Shown here piece after piece: positions 1 through 11,449 of a stretch of DNA of 64,000 bases (its first letter is position 1; the number at the start of each line of letters is the position of its first letter). The notes under the pieces were generated by a model. It was not told the origin of the DNA. It saw only the letters and a list, made by a program, of their open reading frames with translations, and ran no database searches. Made by a program: the position numbers and the translations under genes. Source of the stretch: Epithemia pelagica. Its lineage: Eukaryota > Protista > Bacillariophyta. Location of the stretch: the NCBI GenBank assembly GCA_946965045.2, contig OX337240.1:1116001-1180000 (forward strand), given 5' to 3'.

Positions 1-925
1 ACAGGATTGTACGTATGCTGTATTCATGGACATCCATCCATGCCTTTTCAAACACCATGTAAAACTTTTCTGTCGTATGAAACGTTGCCTTGAGCTTAAC
101 AATGTTGTCATGCGAGCACAAGGTCTGAAGAGCACAAACTTCACAGTCCAGTTGTTTTATGGATTCATAATCATCGAGATGTTTTTTCAAAATTTTTTTA
201 ATGGCAAACTCCTCGTTCGAGGAATGGGTGGTTGCAGCAAACACAAAGCCCATATGGCCATCTGCGAGTAGATCCAACAGTTGGTACCTTCCAATCGACG
301 AATCACTTTCCGGCATGCCATCATCCATTGGACAGAGACTGGGAAACTCTGGAACGTACCAGGTTCTATGGTGAAAACAAAGCACTGCACATCGTTTGGT
401 CAGCTGTTTATTCCGAGAATCCAAAGAGTGATTCTCCTCTTCGAGACGGTTCACCTGTTTGGCCAGTCGTTGCACTTGTGCACGAGCAAACTTGATCTGT
501 TCCTTGGCTTGATCGTTCTTCACCTGCAGCGTATACTTTCGATCTTGTGAAACTTGATAAAGTTTGTGCATATCGGCCAACTTGTTCTTGTGACGAGAGC
601 ATTGCGCTCTTTCTTCCGCATATCGCTCTTCCAGCATTTCGACTGTAGATTCCTGAGCACGAATCATCTCAATCAAAGTCTGACGACTTGTCTTGTGCAA
701 GAGTTTAGTCTTGGCCTCCTGTTGGTCCAATCCAGGCTGTTCCTTCAAAGAGCGACTCTTGCGTTTCCATAGCTTCATCGGCCAAGAAGGGCGTTCTCTC
801 TTGGGAGGTTTGTTCTGGGAGGAGGACATGGAAACGGCCTTTTCCGCTGTTGCTGTAGTGGAATCCATTGGCGCACTGGCAACCGATCCTCCAGACGACT
901 CCTCGTCGCAAGGTTCAGGAATCAT
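1..925 (-). CDS. Ser/Thr protein kinase with N-terminal coiled coil (partial; runs off the left edge, absent from the ORF track)
   Basis: Manual translation from ATG at 925 stays open to base 1: MIPEPCDEE...coiled coil (EMLEERYAEERAQ...QVQRLAKQVNRLEEENHSL)...IGRYQLLDLLADGHMGFVFAA (G-loop), FAIKKI (beta3 Lys), LDCEV (alphaC Glu), HDNIVKL, FYMVFEK. Confidence 0.85.
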   Translation of the reverse strand, partial: MIPEPCDEESSGGSVASAPMDSTTATAEKAVSMSSSQNKPPKRERPSWPMKLWKRKSRSLKEQPGLDQQEAKTKLLHKTSRQTLIEMIRAQESTVEMLEERYAEERAQCSRHKNKLADMHKLYQVSQDRKYTLQVKNDQAKEQIKFARAQVQRLAKQVNRLEEENHSLDSRNKQLTKRCAVLCFHHRTWYVPEFPSLCPMDDGMPESDSSIGRYQLLDLLADGHMGFVFAATTHSSNEEFAIKKILKKHLDDYESIKQLDCEVCALQTLCSHDNIVKLKATFHTTEKFYMVFEKAWMDVHEYSIRTIL

Positions 926-2419
926 GAATGTAGATGCAACAAGATGAATCGTCCGTTTCCTGTTAGTCGTTGGGTCTGTCGTCTCGTTCTCGTTGTCTTG
1001 TCCTTGCTGATTTTATGTGTGGTTGAGATAGTGTCCACAAACGACAAATGAATGGGAAAGCCCACACTGGAAATATGGCAGTACGGAGTTCCACCTGCGG
1101 TTCATTCTCCCTCGTTGGTCCTTTCTTTTTAACGAGATCGGTTCCCATTCTACTTTTTGGTCACGACACGAATGGGATGCCAAACCGTGCGATTCTGTGG
1201 GTAGAGTGCTCTCCAGTCTGCTCGTCCGACTCCAGGCAACGCCCGTCCCTCAAACAGAGGTGCAGAGCGTATGCGTCTGCGACAAAAGTTTGCCTTCGGC
1301 ATGACTCCAAGCATGGTCGCAGGAGACCAACAAAGGTGCGCTCTTCCATTGCGGATGGCATCTTGAGGACAACGGGATCCATATCCACTTCATCCAAGAC
1401 ATCAAACATGGACAGATGAGCTAGCTTTCGGATGAGCCGTCACTCACGGTGGGTCATCGTCTGACAGGAAGACAAAACAAACTCACCAAAGAGATGTGAC
1501 ACAGAGAATCTCATATCTTTAAGTATTGTACAATTTTAACAGTCAGTGACAGATTTCCGCGCGAGCAGGTTACATATCACCGGAAAATTCGGACCACAAA
1601 AGCGTTCATGTCGATGTCAATGGATCAGCAATCAGCATCCGTGCGTCTCATCCAACAAATGTGTGCTATATGGAGAATATGGACCTACCATCTACCATCG
1701 GAAAGAGACAACCTTTGTTGCCAAGGTTTCGTACGCGTAAGCGACTGCGATTCTCTTATCATGATGTTGTGCGTAGATCGATCGATGGAGAGGAAAGATG
1801 CGATACCGCAAAGACTACAAGGAGGGTGAGTGATCAGCCGTATATTAGATTCGTCACTCGATCCCCATAAGATGGCATAAGATGGCATTCTGCAAATGTA
1901 TCGATCCTCCATGCCTCTACTCGTAGACAACAATCATGTTACGGAATAAACTCCGAACAAGTCTAAAACCCAGAGTTACGGCACAGACAAGGGATTACCC
2001 ATTGACTGTGCAGAGTTTGGAAGGGGGGTTCTTTTCTTGTAAGTCCCTTTCGGCTTGCTCACTCCCAACGGATTGTCCATTTATTAAGGTTCAAGTTCGC
2101 TTCACGAGGGCTTAATATTTTGAATCCTTTTTGAGTCGGGAGTACTGAATATAATGTAATATAATAGTGTACATTCCATGTCGCATGCCATGTCGGCGAT
2201 CGGCTTTTGGTTCTGTGTTGGGAACGACGCAAGACGAAACCTTTTTTACTCTGCACAGATCTCGAAAACTGATTCAATGTTCGTATTCAAGCTTCCAGGA
2301 AGGGGATTGTGGATTGTTGTTGCGTTTGGTCTCATGAACGCGATAGATACTACTTTGCGGACCTTCGAGAAAAGCGTTTAGTAGTGGAATCAATAGAATT
2401 GGCGCAACACAATATCTAG

Positions 2420-3334
2420 ATGATGAAGAGCAACGATCAGCAAGAGACAAATGAAGGCAATGGCATTGTGGATTTTACATGGATGACATCTCAGCATCGG
2501 AGCAACGAATTGCATCTTTTGCAGTCTACCTTTGAACGTGCCACGGAAGGAAGAATTTCCAGTGCATTTGTCCATGGATCGGCAGGCTGTGGTAAGTCCT
2601 ACTTGTTGGATGCCTTTGAAAGGGCGGTTGGATCCAGAGCCTTTTTCTGCCGTGGCAAGTTTGACAACCTTTCCACCTCGGCCGCTGAACCGCTCGTATC
2701 CATACTTGCCATTTTGGAACAGTTCGTACACAATCTCGTCGAGTCGAAGGATTCCCCATTGTGGAGAGAACGTGTGAGAAATGCCTTGGATAAGGACTTT
2801 AAGGCCATTGAAGATATTATTCCAGCTGTGGGACACTTGGTGAATAACAATCGAAGACAATCCAGCTTTGCCATGTTGGATGCTATTGATCTTGAAAGTG
2901 ATGGATATATTGGCAACGAACGAGATTGGGGTTACGAGCGGTTTCGGTTGGCCTGTCGAGCCATTCTTCGGGCCATTAGTCCATACCATCCCGTGGTGAT
3001 TGTGTTGGATGATATCCACTGGGCAGAACGAGATTCTTTTGAAATTATACGAACCATCCTTCAAGATACTCATCCAGGCCTTCAGCTTTTGGTGGTGGCA
3101 ACGTATCGTTCCGTTCCTGATGACCACATGTTGTGGAAACTCATCCAGAGCATTGGGCCTCCGCAAATAACAAAAATCCGACTCGCGCCATTCTCAAGAA
3201 AAGATATTGGTGAACTCTTGGCCAGACTTGTGTGTACAGAAATGACAACACAGGCAAAGCCCCTGGTAGAGTTTGTTTCCTCCATCACCCGAGGGAATGC
3301 TCTCATGATCAATCAACTCTTTCGATACTTGCAA
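2420..3334 (+). pseudogene. STAND-like AAA ATPase gene, part 1 of 3 (interrupted by LTR element 1)
   Basis: Walker A VHGSAGCGKS, FCRGKFD, Walker B VVIVLDDIHWAE, TRGNALMI. The frame continues at 9644 after removing the element and one TSD copy (FRYLQ|RQKLFVFD). Confidence 0.9.
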
Positions 3335-3798
3335 TGTTCGAAATAATGAGATATGGTCAGTGAATGACGAAGTGCGACCGGCATTCGGAACCGGCATTCG
3401 GAAGTAGAAGATTCGACCGACAAGAGACAAGTACCATCTTATCATCAGGAACAGAACAAATGAACCAATGGGCCGACCAAGTCTCATTTCGGAGCAACGC
3501 GTCATCACCAATAACGGCCCAAACCAGTCCAATACATAGAGAAACAAGATCCTGTGGCATCCCATAACTGTCGTCGTCTAAACATTCTGACAGGCAAGAA
3601 CGGGTTGGACGACAATACATAGGAAACCAAGATTGCAACAAGATCGCAAAAGATCTCCAATCTACCCTATCCAACGGCAGATGATCCAACGGATCACACC
3701 CATCGCTACGAATAGATGTAAAGACTAAGCACACAACTTAACTTTGTTTTACACGGGTTGAGCTTGTTCTTGTTGCCCACGGTAGCAGGAAAACAACA
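3335..3798 (+). repeat. 5' LTR of element 1
   Basis: Direct repeat of 9174-9637. One substitution seen by eye (T3775 vs C9604). Contains a 13-bp tandem ACCGGCATTCGGA. Confidence 0.97.
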
Positions 3799-3813
3799 CG
3801 CTTCCTCTGCGCT
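3799..3813 (+). promoter_or_regulatory. Putative primer-binding site complementary to the D-arm of initiator tRNA-Met
   Basis: CGCTTCCTCTGCGCT abuts the LTR. Its reverse complement AGCGCAGAGGAAGCG matches the conserved tRNAi-Met D-arm GCGCAGNGGAAGCG. Confidence 0.7.
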
Positions 3814-3849
3814 GTTTACAGCTAAAACGTTGTCATTTCATCATCCACC

Positions 3850-5106
3850 ATGGCCGCAAATTTCGCCCTTTCACCCGCTCATGCCAACGCCAATCAAGTG
3901 ATTAACTTCACGACGGCAGGAGGAGCAAAGTTTTACAAGCAAGCGATTCGTGGATTGTATGATAGTGGAGATCTCTACGACCTTGAAGCCGACGGACTCA
4001 AGACGTTTCTCGATACTCTCCAAGACAGGATCGTTGAACAAAACTGGACCTCTATCTTCGCAATTCCAGAAGCGATTGCTGCCCCCGCCGCCAATCTTCG
4101 TTTGCTCACCAGCGAGTACGGTCGTGTTTCTTTGCAACAAGTCCGCGCCTATGTTGAACACTTCAATGGAGCCAATCGTCAGACACAGAATGCATACATG
4201 GCATACACTTGTATTATGGCATCACTTACCGACGACGCCAAGGCCCAGGTCAATATTCGACGAGAAGACTTCACTATCGATGGGCGTGGTTCCGGACCCC
4301 TTCTCCTCAAGGTTTTGATCTCGTTGGCACATGTGGACACCGAAGCCACCGTTATGGTTCTACGCCAACGCCTGGCTGACCTACACATCTATATTATGGA
4401 TGTGAACGCGGACATCGCCAAGTTTAACTTCTATGTAGACGAGACTCTTCGGGCTCTCAACGCGCGCGGCGAACAGACGCTCGACCTTCTACCAAACCTA
4501 TTTAAGGCGTACGAAACTGTGAACGACGATAATTTTCTCGAGTTCATTCGTCGCAAGAAGAACGCGTATGAAGAAGGCGATAATCCAGGACTGACCCCGC
4601 GTCAACTAATGAGCGTTGCTCGCACCAAGTACCAGACGCTCGTGGAACAGAAGAAATGGCAGGCTCTCTCGGCACGCGACCAGAAATTGATCGCACTTGA
4701 AGCATCCGTGAATAAACTCAAGGAACAGAAACGCAAGACTAACCCCAGTGACCAGAAGAAACAGACAAGCAAAGGGAAGACGGACAAGGCAACTGACAAC
4801 GATAAGGCCTGGCTTACGGTGGGACCAAAGAGTGGTCAGTCCGAGACGAAAGAAGTCAACGGAAAGATGTGGTACTGGTGCAAATGGCACGGAAAGTGGT
4901 CGACCAACAAAAACCACACGTCAGCAACGTGTAACGGACGGGGTCTGACAGGAGATAAGAAACGGGCCTACGACGCAGCCCACGAGAACGGAGATGCTAC
5001 CACGTCCGAGAACACGGGAACGAACCCAGGACTCCGCCTTGCGAGCGCCTTAGCCGGTGCTACCCACGATGAAGACGATGACAGCGACAACAGCACCAAC
5101 GAATGA
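3850..5106 (+). CDS. gag: Gag of element 1 (418 aa)
   Basis: Intact ORF right after the PBS. CoDi-type gag with YDLEADGLKTFL, QNAYMAYTCIMASL and a C-terminal WCKWH...H...C Zn motif. Confidence 0.9.
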   Translation: MAANFALSPAHANANQVINFTTAGGAKFYKQAIRGLYDSGDLYDLEADGLKTFLDTLQDRIVEQNWTSIFAIPEAIAAPAANLRLLTSEYGRVSLQQVRAYVEHFNGANRQTQNAYMAYTCIMASLTDDAKAQVNIRREDFTIDGRGSGPLLLKVLISLAHVDTEATVMVLRQRLADLHIYIMDVNADIAKFNFYVDETLRALNARGEQTLDLLPNLFKAYETVNDDNFLEFIRRKKNAYEEGDNPGLTPRQLMSVARTKYQTLVEQKKWQALSARDQKLIALEASVNKLKEQKRKTNPSDQKKQTSKGKTDKATDNDKAWLTVGPKSGQSETKEVNGKMWYWCKWHGKWSTNKNHTSATCNGRGLTGDKKRAYDAAHENGDATTSENTGTNPGLRLASALAGATHDEDDDSDNSTNE

Positions 5107-8100
5107 CAACCAAACCCGGGATGGTTCCCCGGGCTGCACGACAAGATCAAGCAGCTCGTTTACACAGTATTAGTGACGATCCTTTTATCAAGTTACACTA
5201 TGCTGTGCTACGGGCTATGGTGTCCTAGGTGCTACCACCTGGAGTCAGTCCTAGACTACGTCCAAGGACTATGCGACTCCATAGCGACCTCTCTCGCGAC
5301 CAAAATCAAAGTGAAGAAGAAACGAAGAATCGACCATGGCCGGAGACGACGGAGAACTAACTATACAGGACTCGTCCGGGCATTATGCATGGCAACGATT
5401 CTGACTTCGACAACCGGACAAGTTACTCACCGAGCGGCTCATGAAGTTGGATTTGATACCGACAGCAGGAAAGTCTTGATTGACAATTGCGCAACCGCGT
5501 CAATTACGAACGATATACAAGACTGCTGCACCAAACCAATCAAAATCAAACGAAAGGTCAAGGGAGTAGCTGGAACATATCAACCAGATATATACGAGAC
5601 GACGATACGATGGGATATCGAGGACGACGACGGCAAGATCCATACGATCACGCTCCCAAGGTCGTTCTACATCCCATCGACTCCGACCAAACTGCTTTCG
5701 CCCCAACATTGGGCACAAACAGCAAAAGATATCAAACCCTTACCGAGAGGAACACGATGCGTGACATATAGCAACGCTATTGAATTGATTTGGGGGCAAG
5801 GACTCTTCAAACGGACGATTCCATTGAAGCAACGAGGTTCGAATGTGGGTGAGTTTACGACTGCGCCAGGATACACAAAATACAAAGCGTTTTGCAAAAA
5901 GGCAGGCACGACAATCCAACAAGAGGACAACAAGCCCTTGCTGGTCAACAACGCAAACCTCATTGAAGACGACGACAAATCCATCATGGAACGGTCTCCA
6001 TCAACAATGGACCAAGATGAGGGAGACGACTGGAGCATCGACGGAAATCACAAGAATCTCGACGACGAACAAAATGAACATTATTTTCCAACAAGAGATG
6101 TACCGATGACTACCGAGTTCCTCATAGACCCCAGCGATACCGTGCATGTGATTCCTAATGAAGAAGAGGTACTCCCCGAAAGTCCAACGCTCGAGTTACT
6201 CCGGACGCATCATAGAATGGGTCACCTGTCGATGGCGAAAATCCAAAGCCTCGCACGACAAGGAGGACTCCCAAAGCGACTTGCAAACTGTAAGGTCCCG
6301 GTCTGTACGGCGTGTATGTACGGGAAAGCGACGCGACGTCCCTGGCGAATCAAAGGTCACCGTGGAACACTAGATACCATGACGTCACCGGGACAATGTG
6401 TGTAGGTCGACCAAATGATATCAAAGACTCCGGGTTACATTGCGCATCTACGAGGGACACCCACACGGGACCGATATAGGGTGGCTACGGTTTTTGTTGA
6501 CCACTTCTCAGGGGTAGGCTATGTACACCTTCAAAGGAGTACATCAGCTAAAGACACGATCGAAGCTAAAGAACGGTTTGAAGCTTGGGCAGACACTCAC
6601 GGAGTCAAGATCCGACATTATCACGCCGATAACGGAATCTTTGCCGACAATAAATTTCGGGAAGCAGTACAAATGAAGAACCAACGATTAACTTTCAGTG
6701 GGGTTAATGCTCACTTTCAAAGTGGCATGGCCAAACGACGTATTAGAGAACTACAAGAATCAGGAAGAACAATGCTGATACACGCCCAACGACGCTGGCC
6801 AACTACAGTGACGACGAACTTATGGCCCTACGCGGTGCGCTATGCAAACGATATGTTCAATGAGGCACCAATGAAGAAACACAAAGAAAAGACGCCAATG
6901 GAACTATTCACAGGTTCAACAGTAAGATTCAATACAAGACTCGCACATACGTTCGGATGCCCAGCATATGTACTCGACAACGAATTACAAAGCGGAACTC
7001 CAATTCCCAAATGGTCGGAACGAGCTCGAGTTGGCATTTTCTTGGGCTATTCTCCCCCACATGCAAGGACAATCGGACTAATCTTATCACTTTCTTCCGG
7101 ATTGACGTCACCTCAATTTCACGTTCAATACGGTGACCAATTTGAAACCATACGCAAAAGTTTTGGAGAGGCCCAACCAATATCTCAATGGCAGTATAAG
7201 GCAGGGTTCACAAAATCCAAGCCACGTATGAGGGAGATTCAACCACGCGTGGAATTCGGAAGTACAACGACATCATCACGACGTGATACCGACGTTACGA
7301 TACCCGAAGACAGGGACCAAACTAACGATGCTAACCCGCCTATGGAAGAACGAGAAACTATGCCAGAGCATGAGGGAGCTAGGCGTTCCCAACGTACTCC
7401 TCGTCGAACACAACGATATCAAGACTACTTGACTTCGCTCCAAGAACCCGAAGACGCGATCGGAGAAGTAGCTATCACAGCTAAACCAACCGTGACAGTC
7501 AATACGGCTCAAGCTAACAGCAATCCAGATGTCATGTACTGGCATGAAGCAATGAAACAAGAGGATCGAGCAGAATTCATAAAGGCAGCACAGAAAGAAG
7601 TACAAGATCATAGCGATAATGGGCTATGGGAGGTGGTCAAGCGAAAGGACATTCCTAAAGGAGCACTAATCTCTCGAGGAGTGTGGAGTTGCGTCCGAAA
7701 GAGAAGACTAAAAACTAGAGAAGTCTACAAATGGAAATCCAGGTTGGCATATGATGGGTCCATGCAAGAAAAGGGGGTTAACTATTGGGAGACCTACGCT
7801 CCCGTGATTCAATGGCCCGTCGTGAGATTCATCCTGACTATGGCACTCACACAAGGATGGCACATCAAACAGGTGGATTATGTGCTGGCATATACTCAAG
7901 CAGTCGCCGAGACTGACATGTATATGGAAGCGCCGAAAAGCTTCACCTTCGATACAAAAGGAAACCAGCGAGCAGAGGACTACGTCCTCAAGATCAAGCA
8001 AAATTACTACGGGCAGAAGCAGGGTGCCCGAGTATGGAATCAACACCTCGTGGAACGACTTAAGCAAGTCGGTTTCCAACAAAGTGCACACGACGAGTGC

Positions 8101-9146
8101 CTCTTTTATCACGGTCAATGCGTATACATTTTGTATACGGACGATTCCTTATTGTTGGGTCCCGACAAAGAAGAACTCGACCGGTTGATTGTTACAATGG
8201 AGAATAGTGGTCTGAAAATGACCTACGAAGACGGAGTCAACGATTTTCTTGGGGTCAACATCGACAGAAAAGAAGATGGCACCATCCACTTGACTCAACC
8301 ACATTTAATTGACTCAATCCTCCAAGATCTTCACCTTGCCGACGAATCAACAAAGAAGAAAGAAACACCGGCACCAACCGCAGTCCGCTTGCGACAAGAC
8401 CAAGACGGGAAAGCATTTGATCACCATTTCCATTACAGGTCGGCGATCGGGAAACTCAACTTCCTGGAAAAGAGCACGAGACCAGATATTAGTTTCGCCG
8501 TCCACCAATGCGCTCGATTTTGCGAAAACCCAAAAGCAATTCATGGGAAAGCCGTCAAACACATAGCACGTTACCTCGCCGGGACACGAAAGCAAGGAGT
8601 GATACTCAAACCCGACACCACGAAATCTTTCCAAGTATTTGCCGACGCGGACTTTGCAGGGAATTTTAACAAGCTCGACCACCCAAACAAGGACATGGCG
8701 CGGTCTCGAACTGGATTTGTGGTCTTCTACGCAGGTTGCCCCATCCTCTGGCAATCAAAACTGCAGTCAGAGATAGCGTTATCAACCACAGAAGCAGAGA
8801 TCATCTGTTTGTTGCACGCGCTATGTCGCTATGTACCGTCATCCCGTTGATGGCCATCACTCATGAGATGAAGGATTTGGGATTCCCTATTCTCTCCACG
8901 ACGCCCGATATACACTGCAAGGCATTCGAAGATAACAGTGGTGCAGTTGAACTTGCAACAGTATACAAGTACAGACCCAGAACACGGTATCTGTGCACCA
9001 AGTTGTTCCATTTTAAATCTTTTGTGGAACGAAAAGAGATCGAGATTCACCCGTGCGCGACAGACGATCAGACCGCGGATATCTTCACTAAATCGCTCAA
9101 CGAATCATCGTTCGAGAAACATCGTGAGAGCATACAAGGATGGTAA
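5107..9146 (+). pseudogene. pol: Pol of element 1 (PR, GAG-pre-integrase, IN, RT, RNase H), disrupted
   Basis: In frame with gag. Motifs LIDNCAT (PR), HHRMGH/CTAC, VFVDHFS, HADNG, YTDD, FADADFAG, EDNSGA. Lesions: TAG at 6403-6405, and a frameshift from the 8-bp duplication at 8819-8834. Confidence 0.9.
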
Positions 9147-9173
9147 CATCGACTCTACTCGGCCGAGAGGGAG

Positions 9174-9637
9174 TGTTCGAAATAATGAGATATGGTCAGT
9201 GAATGACGAAGTGCGACCGGCATTCGGAACCGGCATTCGGAAGTAGAAGATTCGACCGACAAGAGACAAGTACCATCTTATCATCAGGAACAGAACAAAT
9301 GAACCAATGGGCCGACCAAGTCTCATTTCGGAGCAACGCGTCATCACCAATAACGGCCCAAACCAGTCCAATACATAGAGAAACAAGATCCTGTGGCATC
9401 CCATAACTGTCGTCGTCTAAACATTCTGACAGGCAAGAACGGGTTGGACGACAATACATAGGAAACCAAGATTGCAACAAGATCGCAAAAGATCTCCAAT
9501 CTACCCTATCCAACGGCAGATGATCCAACGGATCACACCCATCGCTACGAATAGATGTAAAGACTAAGCACACAACTTAACTTTGTTTTACACGGGTTGA
9601 GCTCGTTCTTGTTGCCCACGGTAGCAGGAAAACAACA
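9174..9637 (+). repeat. 3' LTR of element 1
   Basis: Direct repeat of 3335-3798, preceded by a purine tract. Confidence 0.97.
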
Positions 9638-9643
9638 TTGCAA

Positions 9644-11029
9644 CGCCAGAAGCTCTTTGTGTTTGATCCCAAGCTGGAGCGATTCACTTGGAGTGACAAG
9701 ATTCTGGAGTTAAAAGAACTCAATAGCAACTCTGCAGATCCCTGGGTAGCCTTGAAAGCACAACTGGATGGACTGGAGGAGAGCCAACGTCTGGTTCTGA
9801 CCACCGTCGCATTGTTGGGGAATACAACGTTTGACATTGGGATCGTAGAAAGGGTTCTGGTTCCCAATGAAGAATCGGATGAGGGGGACAACCACGAGCA
9901 TTGCCTCACTACGTTACTTCCGTTACCAGAACACAAACAGCGAGAGGAACTGGAGAAAATTCTTCTACAGCTTTCGGAACAAGGCCTTGTCAAACAGCCA
10001 TCGGACAGTTCGAACCACTATGGTATGCACGATCTCGTGTTGGAAGTTGCTCGTGAACACCTCCTTCCCGATGCACAGCAAAAGAAAGCACTTCATTTGA
10101 TTTTGGGGCGACGACTTTGTGCTTTGATGGAATGCAGCAAGGAAACTGGAATGTTCTTGGAAGAGACTCTTCTGTTCAATTTTGTCAATCAAATGAATCT
10201 CGCGTCAAGTTTGATTCAGGACCGATGGGAACTCGTGGATTTGGTCAATAAAAACTACGATGCTTCGGAAGTTGCCGCCCTCAAGTACTCGTACTTTTCT
10301 GGATTGAAATATTCCTTCAAAGGCATGGAGCTGCTCCGCTTTGCGTGGAATGAACAGGATTATGGCCTCATGTTGAAACTGAGCAACGCTCAAAGTCGAA
10401 TGCATTTGTACTGTGGTCAAATTGCCGAAAGTATCCGTATGGCCGACCAAATCATCACCCGCGGCAAAACCTTTCACGACAAGAGGTTTGCGTACCGGAC
10501 AAAACTCATGTGTCTCAAAACGGCACGGCAAGATAACAAGGCGGCTTGTGACTTTATTCTCCAAATCCTGGACGAACTAGGCCAATCGTTCCCGAAACGA
10601 GGCCTCAAGGCACAAGTTTCTCGATCCAACAGTGTTCTACGTCGCATGCTCAAGTCCCGGTCCTTGGAAGACATGACCCGGCAGACACCTGACAATCTCT
10701 TGGAGGAGGACGACGAGAACAACGAGTTTGAGCAATGGAATGAGATTGGTGATTTCATGGTTGCCCTTTGTGATCTAGATGACAAACACAATCATCTTGT
10801 CGAATTGTCCATGGTTCGTTTGCTGCAACATTCCATGGATCATGGTCGAGTACCAGCAACTGCACTGAGTTTTGTGTACTGGGGATACATACTGATGCAA
10901 AGGGGAGAACACAACGAGGCCATACGCTTCGGAAAGGTCGGTTTGCAATATGCCAATGAACAAGGCCTCAAAAGTGCACGACTGGATCTTCGAGCCAAAA
11001 TGTTGTTTCACAAATGCATTGATCCCTGG
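9644..11029 (+). pseudogene. STAND-like ATPase gene, part 2 of 3 (winged-helix and TPR-like region)
   Basis: YGMHDLVLEVA, LHLILGRRL, FVNQMNLA, LVNKNYDASE match the post-ATPase region of this family. Joins both neighbouring parts in frame. Confidence 0.88.
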
Positions 11030-11408
11030 AGTCAAAGTACACAGGATACTCTGTAGTAGCTAGGGTCAGTACCTATATTGGCGTGGAGGTGATCAAGTCT
11101 CCACGACAATACACTAGAGAAGTTGTTTCACAACTTTCTGTTTGTTGATACTATAAGCTCTAGGTTTAGGAACTACATTCGATTCCTCATTTGATTCCTC
11201 ATGAGGAATCAATTCCTCGTTTACTCATGGAGGTTAGCTTGGAACCATTGATGCCAATGGCTAGAGCTTGGTTACTATGCGACGGGCAAGGCCTTCTCTG
11301 GTAGTAAGGCATTGCTCTTGGATACATAGTGGGGACACGATTCTATGTCTCACAGATTCGAATCGTGACTGCCATATCGCCTGTCCGTCACACTGATTAA
11401 CCGCGACT
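11030..11408 (-). repeat. 3' LTR of element 2
   Basis: Direct repeat of 19724-20102 with AGTC...GACT ends. Confidence 0.95.
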
Positions 11409-11449
11409 CTCCCTCTTGACAAGGGCGATATCTTTTCAAACACAGTCAA

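Larger units (their letters stand above)
3335..9637 (+). mobile_element. Ty1/Copia LTR retrotransposon 1 (CoDi-like), 6303 bp, defective pol
   Basis: 464-bp LTRs (TGTT...AACA), TSD TTGCAA at 3329-3334 and 9638-9643, domain order gag-PR-IN-RT-RNaseH, PPT GGCCGAGAGGGAG at 9161-9173. Confidence 0.97.

Noticed and set aside
1161-1409. 82-aa minus-strand ORF
   Set aside because: No recognisable motif and no convincing splice link to the kinase.
11052-11392. Canonical-looking TGTAG...TCACA LTR inside the element 2 repeat
   Set aside because: Both copies share a further 22 bp on the left and 16 bp on the right; the TSD, PPT and host-frame restoration all fit only the larger 379-bp unit.
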